From Botryllus schlosseri (Eukaryota): a DNA stretch of 64,000 bases. The notes beneath the pieces are model-generated. The model made no database searches. It was given only the letters and a program-made list of their open reading frames with translations, and was not told the origin of the DNA. Position numbers and translations under genes: made by a program. Each line of letters begins with the position of its first letter. The first letter of the stretch is position 1. Shown one piece after another: positions 12,379 through 25,084 of the stretch. Where the stretch lies: positions 4,900,001 to 4,964,000 of the forward strand of contig CM119373.1 in assembly GCA_051294905.1 (NCBI GenBank), given 5' to 3'.

Positions 12379-13222
12379 CTTACCTCTGTAGCCTCCCATA
12401 CGAAGACTGCCGTAAGATTGAGATACAACTACACGCGGCCTGTACCGGCGCACGTATAGTATACAAAACTTACCTTTGCAGCTTCCCATACGGAGACTGC
12501 TGTAAGATTGAACTACAACTGCACGCGGCCTATACCGGCGCACGTAGTATTCATAACTCACCTTTGCAGCTTCCCATACGGATACTGCCGTAAGATTGAA
12601 CTACACGTGGCCTGTACCGGCGCACGTGGTATACAAAACTTACCTTTACAGCTTCCCATACGGATACTGCCGTAAGATTGAACTACACGCGGCCTGTACC
12701 GGCGCACGTAGTATACAAAACTTACCTTTGCAGCTTCCCATACGGATACTGCCATAAGATTGAACTACACGCGGCCTAAACCGGCGCACGTAGTATACAA
12801 AACTTACTTCTGCAGCCTCCTACAAGGAGACTGCCGTAAGATTGAATTACAACTACACGCGGCCTATACAGGCGCACGTAGTATTCAGAACTTACTTTTG
12901 CAGCCTCCCATAAGGAGACTGCCGTAAGATTGGACTACAACTACACGCGGCCTATACCGGCGCACGTAGTATTCATAACTTACCTTTGCAGCTTCCCATA
13001 CGGATACTGCCGTAAGATTGAACTACACGCGGCCTAAACCGGCGCACATAGTATACAAAACTTACTTCTGCAGCCTCCTATAAGGAGACTGCCGTAAGAT
13101 TGAATTACAACTACACGCGGCCTATACAGGCGCACATAGTATTCATAACTTACCTTTGCAGCTTCCCATACGGAAACTACCGTAAGATCGAACTACAACT
13201 ACACGCGGCCTATACCGGCGAA
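12379..13222. repeat. Minisatellite, 10 units of ~82/88 bp
   Basis: Unit CTTACCTTTGCAGCTTCCCATACGGATACTGCCGTAAGATTGAACTAC(AACTAC)ACGCGGCCT(A/G)TACCGGCGCACGTAGTAT(A/T)CA(A/T)AA. Confidence 0.95.
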
Positions 13223-13274
13223 CGTCACTATACGCAGTATACACAATTACCACTTACCAGAGTGAAGTTATCAC

Positions 13275-14436
13275 TAGGGCAATTTTTTTTTGACATGTCA
13301 AAAAAAGTCAAAATTAGGTCAAAATTGTAGCGTTAGGTCAAAATTTGTCAAAATTCTTTACAAAATCAAACATTTTTTGACCTCTACATTTCGTTAGTAT
13401 CGTAGATTTTGCGCTGTCTGTGAACTTATCATTTGATAATTTACAGCTTGTAGCCTACTTGATAGGCCTACCGTTGTAAACGGCCCATCGTCTGCTCATT
13501 GTAAATCATAAACGGTCAAATGAAACAAATAGTGACATGGTTTTATGGTCAACGTACCGCAATATCCTAACTGAAGCGAGACTGCTTGGGTATTGCATGG
13601 TTCTTAAATCCAGAAGCGCAAGCTGAAAAATTGTGATATAGACAACATTGTCGGAATGAAGCAACACGGTGCATCACCAGCAAGCAGTGTGCACACAACT
13701 TCAGTGTTGTCAGCTAACAACTGCTGCTGTTGAACGTTCTTTCTCCATTCTTGGCAAGCTACTTAGTGAGAACAGACACTTTCTACCCGACATAGCGCAG
13801 TGGTATAATCCGCGGCTGCAATACCAATGGGTGTGGGTTCGATTCCGACCGAGGTCTACTTCATAATTCCGATAGCTAAGTGTTGGAGGTTTACCTAGGC
13901 TCCTCCTCGCCACCTCATCCGCGTAAGCGGTATCTTACAAAAAGCCTAGAGGTGGACCGTGCTATATGCTGGCAGTTACGGAAAATAATGAAGAATATCG
14001 GCCTGGTGTAAATGACCACAGTAGTCGACAAACACCATGAATACCACAAAACAAACACTTTCTGCCCGAGAATATAGGAAAGTATCTTTCGTTGTACTAC
14101 AACAAATTTTAATTATTCCACCAGAATACGTAATGTAACTACTGCAATTCTTGATAGAGCCAGATTTCGTTAAGATACTAGTTTTTTCATGTAAAAATTT
14201 GTCAGTTTTTGAGCCAGAAACTTTCTTTCAGACCAATCTACTTTGTAAGGACAGACAGTTCCAAGCAGAAATGAAGATAAATAGTACAATTTTAACATTA
14301 TGTGCGAAAACACCTAATTTGCATACGTGAGGTCAAAATTTGGTCAAATTTCAGTTTTTTTAGGTCAAAAAAAGTCAAAATCTAGATTTTTTAGGTCAAA
14401 ATCTTCCGTTTTTTAGGTCAAAAAAAAATTGCCCTA
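13275..14436 (+). mobile_element. Internally deleted hAT element retaining the C-terminal dimerisation-domain fragment
   Basis: TIR TAGGGCAATTTTTTTTTGAC, TSD GTTATCAC, GGTCAAAA subterminal repeats. TTAAVERSFSILGKLLSENRHFL|PENIGKYL is split by the SINE. Confidence 0.92.
13785..14054 (+). mobile_element. tRNA-derived SINE
   Basis: Pol III box A TAGCGCAGTGG and box B GGTTCGATTCC, A/C-rich tail, TSD ACACTTTCT (extends to 14 bp with one mismatch). Removing it restores the hAT reading frame. Confidence 0.88.
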
Positions 14437-14765
14437 GTTATCACACAAAATCTATCGCACAAATCGAAGGGTACATACTAAATCTGACATGTGACAACAT
14501 GGACGGTCGTATCATCACAATGATGTAACAATGGCGTATCCGGATAGCATATCCGAATTTGGACACTGACATATGATAAAACGTAGATATAACTTCGTCC
14601 ACACCAAATGTTATGTAGATCAGTCGCCAAAAACGTGTCCAAAATAGATAACTATGAATTAGCGCTTGTAATATTTCAAACCAAATACGCGAGAAGCTGT
14701 CGTGTTTCGATGAGCGCAGTTCCGGAAACCAACATTTGTAGTAAATGTCCACGATATCCCTAGAC

Positions 14766-15769
14766 CAGGGGTCACCAACCTTTTTGCAACCGAGGGCTAC
14801 TTTTGCGTAATAATTGAAGCGGCGGGCTACTATCTACTCCCGCAGTTTACCCGTACCACACCGAATTTCCGCTTTGATATTCATAGCACTGGACAGGACT
14901 GGACATCATGTTATCTGTTTCTATAGTAGTCAGTGGGATACCTGTACTCTGGTACTTGACACTGCAATTCTGAGTGAGTGTTCCGGATGTGAATTAATTA
15001 AGCGTGTTTTGTGTTTGATTTTGAGGAAGTTCATGTCTGAAAAGGCTGCTAAGTTGAACCCATAGACGCTTGCAAGTTGCAGCCTTCATAGCTGCTGCGC
15101 ATACACCACTGTACTTTTCCGTATCAGCAATGCACCAAACGTTTGCTGCAGACTGAGGTGGGGGTCATTTTGCAGTGTTACAGTTTCAATCTCCAACTGT
15201 TCAGCATCCAGAAATGACAAGATTTCATTATACCGGACAGCAGCAACGATTACAGAAAGTTAGAAACATGGTATATTAAACTGCGTTGAGTGTTAAACTG
15301 CGTTGAGTGTAACAGTAACAAGCTGTGCCAAAAGAGGCAATACGTAATGGGTGTACAGATATTGAAAATCTGCTAGTACTTCACGGCTATCTGACTCCGA
15401 ATAGTAATATTATGTACTACTTTGGTATTGTCCTGGACGTCGAGCTATCATAACGGAACCCCCCGCCATTTCAAGAAGACCGTGAACGGCATTCCGGCAG
15501 TGCGCCGTATCTTGAATTTCTGGTGATTCTATCACCCACATCTATATATTACTACTAATTGTAATGAAGATATTTTTAAGTGATTATATATGTAAGTTAC
15601 ATGTTAGAGTGTTTTAAACAAGAATAGCTGAATCAATCAATCTATATATTTGAAAGCTCACTGTTAATAATCTGACGAATATTGATAAATGCTGCTATTG
15701 CACCTATTTTTAGAATGGGCTCGCGGGCTACTCATCTAGTCCTCGCGGGCACCGGGTTGGTGACCCTTG
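14766..15769. mobile_element. Non-autonomous hAT-Charlie-like element
   Basis: TIR CA(G/A)GGGTCACCAACC, TSD CCCTAGAC. Confidence 0.92.
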
Positions 15770-17094
15770 CCCTAGACAGGGCTTCAGAGATGATAAAAGG
15801 GCAATGGGAGAATGGCAAAGAAAATAGGGAGCTCTTCAAAAGGAACGAGCTAACAAATGGCATCCATATTCGCGAAGAACGGGTACCTAAGAAAACAGTA
15901 TTTCCAGTGTGTCTCGATGTGTAAAAGACATGGAACGATTAGACGTCACGCATGTAAACTACTACATATAGCTGACGCATATATATGGACCCTGGAAAAT
16001 AGATTATTAAGTCACAGGGACAGAGTGGTCAGGGATATGCCTCGGCTGGATGTAATGCGTGCCAACTACTATATCTACGTGCAAAATTGAATAAATTGCT
16101 GCGCCTAGATGTAATGCGTGCAAACTATCACACATAGCGCAGAATATATATGATATTGCTGTACTGAACAGAATATATATGAAATTGCTGTACTCAACAA
16201 AGAAAATCGTATCATAAGAATGAGTGATTAAGGATGTGCTCAGATTAGACGTCATGAGGGCAAATTACTACGTCTAATTGCAAATTGATGAAAATGTTGC
16301 GATTGGACGTATTGCGTGCAAACTATCACATATAGCGCAGTAGCAATAAATTTCACAAGCCCCTGTAGTTGCATAATGCAGGTTCTTCTACTGGGGAGTC
16401 TGTTCAAAGATCAATTCACAAAAAGAACCACCTACAGATAGATATGCAGAGACATGACCCAATTTGTCATTCGAAGCCAAGTCGCTATAAATTTCACTAG
16501 CGCAGAAAATGAAATCTTGCATCTCGCGCTTTCAAATACTAGCAAGGTTACATTGCCCAGTGTTCCCTATAGTGACATGCAGAGACATGACCCGGCAGGA
16601 GAGAGGAAAAGGTCTAGGCTCTGGCAACGTTATATGATATCATAATTACCCAGTAAGGGTTAATTATTACAACTTCCAGTTCCGCATCAGAAACTAAGTA
16701 AAGTGTCAGACATGCTACGACTGGATTCCAGGCGTGCAAATTACTATACATAGCTGCAGCGCTTGCTCAATGTAACAATGTTTGGAACTTCAAGCTGCTT
16801 TACTTGGTACTTCGCTCCCTTTCGGCATTCTTATTGTTTCTTCCAGTTCAGTTTTACTCAATGAAATGACCACACTCTTGACACATGAGAAACCTGAAAG
16901 CACAATCGAGACTGATACATACACTACCAAAAAGTAGAAAAACTTGGTTCTGGTGTAAGTCCTCAGGATGATTTGGTCCCATAATTCACACTGATTCAGC
17001 ATGACCTTAAAAATAGGACAAATAAACGTGCTTATCAGGGTAGTTTTGTCTGCATTAGTGTTTCAGTATCAGTTGTTTTCAAGGCAGATATTGG

Positions 17095-18371
17095 CAGAGG
17101 TGGTCAGTAACGAAGTACTTCTACTTTTTCGAAGTACTCAAGTAGTTTTCCTCTACTTCTGGTACTTATTCAAGTAGATCTGATTTTCGCTACTTCTACT
17201 TCTACTTCTTAATATTTTGTGATCTACTTACTTACTTTTCGCTATTTTCAGTTTGTCAAGTAGAAGTAGTTCAATCCTCCAATCAGGAAGATAGCCTGAG
17301 GAATTTCGGAGCTGTTTTCACGGAGTAGTAACATTTAATTTTCATAAAAGTTTAGTAAAGCACAGAATTTTCGTCGCACTTCGCGCGCAGTGGATACGGA
17401 GTGACCAATATGATTTCACGAAAGTATCGGTGAATATAATTTAGGTGGAAGGTTGGCGTGGCTCCGTTCACACCACATTGTCGCCCTTCGCCCATATGAA
17501 ATAATTAATCAAAGTATATATGGCTGAAACTGATGTTTAGCAATCTAGCATTTTCTTGTCATATTGTAATCTAGCATATATGTCCATGGTGTGTCCTAAT
17601 CTGGAAGAGTGGACTTTTACTTTCTTTTTTAGTTTTAGAGCTGTTTTAGCATACCACCTTTGAAACTCTCTGGATTAAAACATGAAATACATATTCTGCT
17701 TTTAGAAGTAGTATTTATATATTTCACTTTCAATTCCCAGTATCATATACTTTGAGTTATAATTAATATCAGTTTTTTTTCCGGATAGCATACATGTTGA
17801 TGTATAAAAGCAAGTGCAGTAATGCCTTTAATTTCTGGAAACAAAGCTACACAATATGGCATTTTTACGGTCCACCATATTATTTATTAACGTTTACTAA
17901 TAGCGCAAAGTGTTTACACCGTATCCTGTACAACTTCTCCGTATTTCTCTTCGACTAACTACGGGCCTTATAATATGGGGGATGGCGCCATACCATGCTA
18001 TGTTCCAAAACGTGCTGTTAGAGCAAATAGAGGATTAGCATCGCATTTCCTTATCAATACTATCATTTTCATCCCATGATGTGGACGAATGCTTATGCTA
18101 TCGAAAATTGGATACCTGCGGGTATGCATCAATATGAATCAAGCTCGTCACCTATCACATAGCTCAATTTGCACCTTTTTATAATCCATCCAATCAGAAT
18201 CGTTTTCACAACTACTTACTTACTTGAGTACTTTTAAAGTCAGTCAATTCTACTTCTACTTCAAGTAGTTTTAGGTTGCTTATGAAAGAAGTACTTGTAC
18301 TTGAGTAGATTTTTTCGTCGCTACTTCTACTTCTACTTGAGTAGCTTTCTTGACTACTTTGACCACCTCTG
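17095..18371. mobile_element. hAT MITE with TACTT/AAGTA subterminal arrays (copy 1)
   Basis: TIR CAGAGGTGGTCA, TSD GATATTGG. Collinear (inverted) with 50658-51788. Confidence 0.93.
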
Positions 18372-18429
18372 GATATTGGTAATTGTGAAACACGATGGTT
18401 GGTTAATGAAGTTGTCGTGAGAGCACACT

Positions 18430-18870
18430 ATGGAATCGGTGTCTTGTGCAAACCAAAGATTTTACCGACTACAGACGGTTGTAATGCCGAGAACATTTGT
18501 CAGAGCGGTTATATATGCTGACCTACTGTACTTGCGAGTTGTCAGGGAGGCAAATATCTTTAGCGTGGTCATATATACGTACGTTAGGCAGTGTTCACCG
18601 CAGCGCTGTCTCCAGGTTACGAGAGTCCTTCAGGAATCAAGAATACGGTGAACTGGAACCAAAATGCATTATAGGTACACAGTTGAACCTTAACTAACAA
18701 ATAAAACTTACGACTTTCCCCGTCACTGCTCTTCACGACCTAATTATAGGTAATTTGAACACGATCTCATAAAACAGGTGAATGACTCCACCAGGAGCTG
18801 AATCGCGCTGTACAATTGTGGTCATCTGACTGCAATCTTCGAGTCAGGATATGACGTGGTGTCCACGTCA
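18430..18870 (-). repeat. Segment homologous (inverted) to about 30770-31365; exon/intron-like and decayed
   Basis: Shared GAACCTTAACTAACAAATAAAACTTAC and flanks, roughly 75-80% identity by eye. A GTAAGT...CAG short intron is present in both copies; stops occur in all frames. Confidence 0.75.
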
Positions 18871-19923
18871 GTGACTTCTCTTACCCCTTCTTCAGTAATA
18901 CCGTGATACCCCACGTGGTTTCAACGATATCGGTCGAAGAGGAAAAGCGAGGATCTACACTAGCAAGGAGCTGAGGCTTTTATTTACGTGAGGCGTGCAA
19001 ACTAGTGCCCATAGCGCGGCTGTACATTTCAAAGCACTTAGAAGAGGTTCCTCAAGGTACACAACTTCAATACACAATTGACTAATGGATATATTCTATA
19101 GTACTTATGTTGAAATGAGATCGAATATTTTCGGGTGACACTCATCATTGGTAATCGTCAGCAACTAGTAGATAATTTGAATGAACACTGTATGCATATT
19201 TACAATATATATTTCAGATTGTACAACGAAAATCGATGGTTAGGAAAGTCGACTCTCAAGCTGTGGGGACGTAGACTGACTGAAAAAGACATGCTACGAT
19301 GGATGGAAATGAACTCCAAATGACTGGTCGCCGCGTCCACACCTTTCATTGAAATTTCGTTCTTAGTTGATTGAAAGTCGAGCATTAAAGCTTGTTTAGC
19401 ATTGATGATATATATATATATAGGCAGATTGGGGATTGTATTCAGAGGGTGTTGGGGATTGTATTCACAGGGTGTTGACCAAGTCACCGAGTACTGCGTG
19501 ACAAGTCAATCCTATGTTGACAGCCGAGAAATACCCGGGTTTATTTCAATATGAATATACTGGAATGGCCTCATTTTGAAAACAATAGCACCGATAGACC
19601 AACGACCTCATTCATCCTAATGCAATGTATGGCTTAATGCAATGTATGGATTACTGGAACAATGGCAACTTCCGTATTGTGTGGTAACTTCACTATGACT
19701 TGAAATAGCCTCCGATACAATGGTAATTACCGGCCCCGATTGGCATCACATACATTGCAATTGAAATTATAATTTTATTGAATGAAATGAAACAGCGCGT
19801 CAGATGAACAAGTCGGATCATGTCATTTCATCGGTCTGCGTCACTGCGTGGCCACGTTTATCGTTTGCCCAGGCGCAACTGAAATGTAACATAACATAAA
19901 TTCAATATATTTTATAGAAATGG

Positions 19924-20707
19924 TCTATTGGGCGATCTTGAATCTAATCGACTCTTTGAATGACACTTCCAAGAAACCCAAATTCAAGAACTGTAGCATA
20001 GAATGTTTACAACACTTGTTGTTGCATTGTTACGGACGATAAGAAGTCCAAATCAGACCATGAGCTCCTGTCTTACAACAAGATCCGGAACAACACGTTT
20101 AAAATCACATGAAATTTGACATTTCAATTCAATAATGGAGCAGAGCAGCCTCTAAATTTTTCCGATTCACAACTGAGACATAAAATTTTGGTATATTCGG
20201 CATACCAGCACGAAATTTGACATGAATAGGCACTTGAGAACCACTACTATACCATACGGTACAGAAATCGGCCTTAGTCGTTCAAGCGAATTATCAACCT
20301 ACTGCCATACCCAATCCCGAATTCTATTGGCTCGTACCCACCGGTTGTGATGAAGTCAGTAGCATTTGCTTTAAGCACGCTACACGATCGTCCTTCTCGA
20401 GCTCTTCACACTCGGCGTTCGACTCCCGTTGCAAAGTTCAATCGAAGATCAGACCACGATCCAGCAAACGCCTCGTGACAACACAGCGTCCGCAGATGGT
20501 CAGTAATGAAGTACTACTTTTCGGAGTACTCAAGACTACATAACTGCTAACTGAAATACTTTCTCTTTAAGGTAAGATTTTGAAAAGTATCCATGGCATA
20601 AATTCAATATTTCTTATAGAAGTGGGTTCTATTGGGCGATCTGAAATCTAATCGACTCTTTGAATGACACTTCCAAGAAACCTAAATTCAAGAACTGTAG
20701 CATAGAA
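19924..20707. repeat. ~80-bp direct repeat pair (19924-20003 and 20628-20707)
   Basis: TCTATTGGGCGATCT..AATCTAATCGACTCTTTGAATGACACTTCCAAGAAACC.AAATTCAAGAACTGTAGCATAGAA occurs twice. Confidence 0.9.
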
Positions 20708-21749
20708 AGTCTAGTGTAATGTTCACCCCGTCGGGAATCTCGGTACGTTTCGCCTAATATAACACATGAGCAGCGATAATTCTCCAAGTTAGAGTTAATT
20801 AAATGAAAACAAAGGATTGTGCGAGCACAGGACACAGATTCCACAGCTAAATGATCATACACATCAAATTGTGAGCTCCACAGTATAGTTTGGGAAACGC
20901 AGCAATCCGATAAATGTAACGAAAGTGTCTTGGCGTCCTCTTATATTGACCAGCTCATTTGACATCTTCTGCGCTCGTTAAAATTATTTCGACTTGGCTT
21001 AGAATGGCCGAGTATTCAAGAAGACACGAACGGCTCACATCAATGGAGGCAATAGCTCCTAGCCCTCAGTCTTCGACTGACATCGTTGAAATGAAACCAA
21101 GTGGCGAATCTGGAGATGTGAAAAAAGAAGTCGCTTGCGCTTGAGTGATTCCACGATTTGGCGTTGTTCCGAACTGACGCTCCATGCACAATGCACTGAA
21201 CATTGGGTTTCAGGTAGGATACGATAGGAAACGACGAAAATGAATGCTACGTGTGTCGGTAGCTGAGTTTTCTACCTCTTAAAACCTGTTAACCCACGTT
21301 TGACGATTACGTGTAAGGGACATTGAATGCCTCGTAATCATAATACAGCAGTTTTCCCCACTTACAACTAGCTTGGTCCTATTTTGCAAACAACAGCACT
21401 GATAGACCAAATATAACTTATGAATCTTATTGCCAAACAAAGCTACCAAATGGTACTCGTAAATGCAATCTTTTGTTTTTATTAAATCGATTCATTAGAT
21501 ATTAAAGACAAGAAAGATATGCAGTCATGACCGGGGCATAACGGGAAGTATCGGAAATCGGCGAGCGGGATGTACCATGGAGACCAAAGTTTTAACCCGG
21601 TTAAAGTGAAAGATATCCTGGTTCGCCATGACCCTTTCTTATCCAGTGAAATCGGTTGCCACAAGCAGTTTTTTTTACAATCGAGCCCTTCCATCCGTAA
21701 TCGCGTCATCTCGTTCTTGCTTTTAATCGCCTTGTTTCTCGTTAGCTTT

Positions 21750-22025
21750 CTTGCTTTTCCGTCTTTAGACCGCCTCGAAACTACGATCCGCAGTTGCTCT
21801 GCAAAATAAATTAAACGAGGCGGCAGAATTTGTACGCGAAAAGTTATTGAATAAACAAAATTACGTGATGTAGCATCGCTCGCTGGTGCTCATATTAGTT
21901 GTCTTGCTTTTCCTTACGTCCATCGCCTCGAAGCTACGGGCCGCAGTTGCTCTGCAAAATAAATTAAACGAGGCGGCAGAATTTGTACGCGAAAGGTTAT
22001 TGATTATAAACAAACTTACGTAGCA
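21750..22025. repeat. Tandem duplication with ~150-bp period downstream of the PHD domain
   Basis: CCGCAGTTGCTCTGCAAAATAAATTAAACGAGGCGGCAGAATTTGTACGCGAAA at about 21788 and 21941. Confidence 0.9.
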
Positions 22026-22125
22026 TTGTGATTGCGGTCTACCGAGCTATTGTTGTTTCGCCGAAAAATGTTATTACATCGATTTATTAGCTATTGATGA
22101 CTAAGTTATCAAGTCGATCAGCACA

Positions 22126-24960
22126 TCAACGATTTTGACATTCAGAACAAAACCCTAGAAAAGACGGTTCGCTCCAAACACCGTCCGGAATTAGAAGAGG
22201 ATAGCAATTAGCATGGTGCCATTTGTCGCATTGGTCACATTTCACCATTTGAGGTTGGGAATCAGAATAAGGCAGCTTGCACACACAAAATAGTGGCAGG
22301 TTTAACATTGCGAAATGGGCTGGTATTGGATCCGCGACAAGAGAAATCCAGTAAATAGACATTTCCTACTTCAATGATGGTGAGGCACATTTGCCGAAGT
22401 TGTTGCGTATAAACCAACGTTTCTGGATTTAACCCAAAACACACGGTTATCGCATTAGCTTTGGCGAAGACGCCGGAATCACTACCATTACCTTGCTGTT
22501 GAACGCGGGGAAAAAGTACTTCAAGAGTGCTTGAACACGGCCTACTCAGCATGCCGATTGAACATAAGGTTTCGTCGTTATACGCCGAAGAATTATAGGC
22601 GGAATCATACACACTTATTTGACCATCTGCACAGAACATGTTCGAAGCGGTGACCCAATGATTGTTATAACAAATAAAATGTATTTCTTGCGCTGCAGCG
22701 TAAACTGGACCCGCACGATCTCGACTATAATAGCCGCAGGACGTCAGTCCATCTACTGGAGGAAATTGTGATTTCATCATTTACATAAAATGATCTATAC
22801 CAGTGGTTCCCAACCTTTTTCGACTCATCGCCCCCTTTTCAAACTCCACACCTATCATCGCCCCCCAAATATTGGGAACACAAAAATGGGGATACAGACT
22901 GAAATCACGGGCGAGTTGACTAAGAAAAAAGGTCAACTTTACGGCTCGACCTAGAAATTACGCTTTTCCGACTAAATTTTGGTGAGTTGACTTAACAAAA
23001 AAGTGATTTCTCCGACTTGATTCCCAAAGGACCGTAACAGCACTTCGCTAGCCCCCCCCCCCCCCCCTATACGTTGGTCTTGACCTTCTCCATAGGGCGA
23101 TAAAGCAAACTTCTGCACTCCCCTGATACCTCTTTACCGCTACTTCTCGGCACAAATTGTTGGACTCGTAAGTTAGTCGGTTTATTTCGCGAAGCGCGAA
23201 AAATTTCTATTATTCATGATTGAATCGGTCAATATGATCGGGAATTGCATAAATATTGCTGTCAATTTGTTATCCTCTCTCTGCTCATGTATTCAGATTT
23301 ACCGGTAAAGCTGAGTGAGGTGTCTTGGAAAATGTAGGGCTCGTAAATAATAATTGAACATATTCGGGCGGACCCGTGGGTATAATGACTTCGTTACGTA
23401 ATGACATTTCGTGGCCTGTCTGCTATGTCAAAAGATATTCAAATCGCCCATACGTACTAAACTAAAAGACGCACACGATTTCAAATTGGTATTTCTGCAC
23501 TGGCAACTAATTTTTCCCTGCAAGATGGCATTTATTTGTGGGGTTCTGATTGGACAGAACAGGAACATTTGGCGCCAGCCATTTAGGCGCCTATGGACAA
23601 TTAAATATATATGTATATCGCATATATATCGAAGTCGGTCAGCATAAAGGCAGGCCTTTTCCGCCAAGGTTTTTTCGTTCTGGCACACTTCTCGGAGTCG
23701 CATGTGACATGTCCTGAAACTTCATATGTCTTGGTGCGTCATGGTGTGATAATGGCTGACGCCGAGATGCCCATGTCTATACCTCATGCGTATTATTTCT
23801 TGAAGGAAGAGTATCCAATAAGCAAGAAATATATGACCACGAAATGGCGAAAATTTTTTGAAAAAGTTGCCTAAATTTCCAAACTAATACTCTATAATTA
23901 ATGTTAATTCACGAACAAATTGTGCGCCCCATTCGAGCTCGGGCCCCCCATCTCAATTGGTGGCTTGGGTGTGGCAGTTACGGTCATGGACGCCAATATA
24001 GCCATTTCAACGCGTCATCGCCCCCCTATCGCCCCCTTCGTCCGTTTTCGCCCCCCTATCGCCCCCTTGGCTATTTTCGCCCCCCTGGACCGACAAATCG
24101 CCCCCTGGGGGGCGATATCGCCCACGTTGGGAACCACTGATCTATACGCTATTTAGCCACGCAGTGGAAGAAAGCAGAATATTACGACATTGATCAATTT
24201 GGCCTAATCTAGGCGCAGGGGTCCGGAACAATTCGAAACGCCGAGCAAGGGGTTGAGTAGCCACGTCAATCACCTCAATTTCTGTCCTTTCGATTCCGCC
24301 ATGTTTATTTTTGGCGTTCCGTATATGTTATTATTAGTTTCTTCGCTTTACTTATTTTTCTCCAAATTTCAATTTTGGGCTCGGCACTATTATCTATCGG
24401 TAATCCCTTTTCTCTTTTCGTACCTCCTTCCTTTTTCATCACGGAATGTGGAAATGCCATCATAGTATTCGCGAATTAAAGCCGTGTTTAGGTCGTCATA
24501 AACTTTTGCAGGTTCAGCTAAATTAGAAAATTTTCGTCCAGGCATTCCATAGTGGTTTTCAATTCCTGATTTGACTTCTCCATAATTCCGGAGGTTCGGC
24601 AAATCTCAGTTAGATTTTGGAATTCGCTTGATTGAAGGTCGCGGTAGAAATTCCCATTATCAGCGTATTCGGGACACTGCCCAAAGCGCGACAAGTCACC
24701 CGATACCAACCCCGAAAATAGCGGGATTCTGTGAATGCGCTTAAACAACTCGAACAGATCTGGAGAATAAAAATCATTTCGAAGTTATCGGTTGCTTGGC
24801 GTACTTTGAGCATCGCGGAGGAAATCATTTCGTCGAAATGGTTAGCAAAGGGATCATTTCCGATCTCATTCAAATTCTCAGTTTCCAGTTCTGTGGATTC
24901 TTCATCCACCAGCAGGTCCCTCACATCGTCTGATGATAGTCGATGATAGTGTAGCAAAAC
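22126..24960 (-). pseudogene. Decayed transposon ORF: NOF/MULE-like transposase C-terminus + Ulp1 (C48) protease domain + PHD finger
   Basis: FYSPDLF..IPLFSGLVSGDLSRF (NOF-like, from recall); AWLNS/IDHF..KSQFP..GL across the MITE; NNHWV, VYDS, QQQGNGSDSGVFA (catalytic Cys reads Ser, TCC); CVC...CDQCDKWHHANC...CSEC. Has frameshifts and stops. Confidence 0.75.
22801..24139. mobile_element. Non-autonomous hAT-Charlie-like element interrupting the Ulp1 domain
   Basis: TIR CAGTGGTTCCCAAC, TSD ATCTATAC, TCGCCCCC subterminal repeats. Confidence 0.93.
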
Positions 24961-25084
24961 GAGAACACAGCATTGTGTAGCGTTAAATCTATAATGGTAT
25001 TCTTCTGTTTGTAAATTAAAATAAATTGTACACACTAAAATTTCGTTTTTTTTTTCAACTTATTCAGGAGTTTCACGTCATGTC

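Noticed and set aside
12379..13222. CRISPR array
   Set aside because: Whole units repeat with no unique spacers, there are no cas genes, and the context is eukaryotic.
13785..13860. tRNA gene
   Set aside because: No convincing acceptor stem or poly-T terminator; it continues into a tail with a TSD, so it is a SINE head.
15925..16345. Leucine-rich-repeat gene (RLDVMRANY)
   Set aside because: Spacing does not fit LxxLxLxxN, frames are inconsistent and stops intervene.
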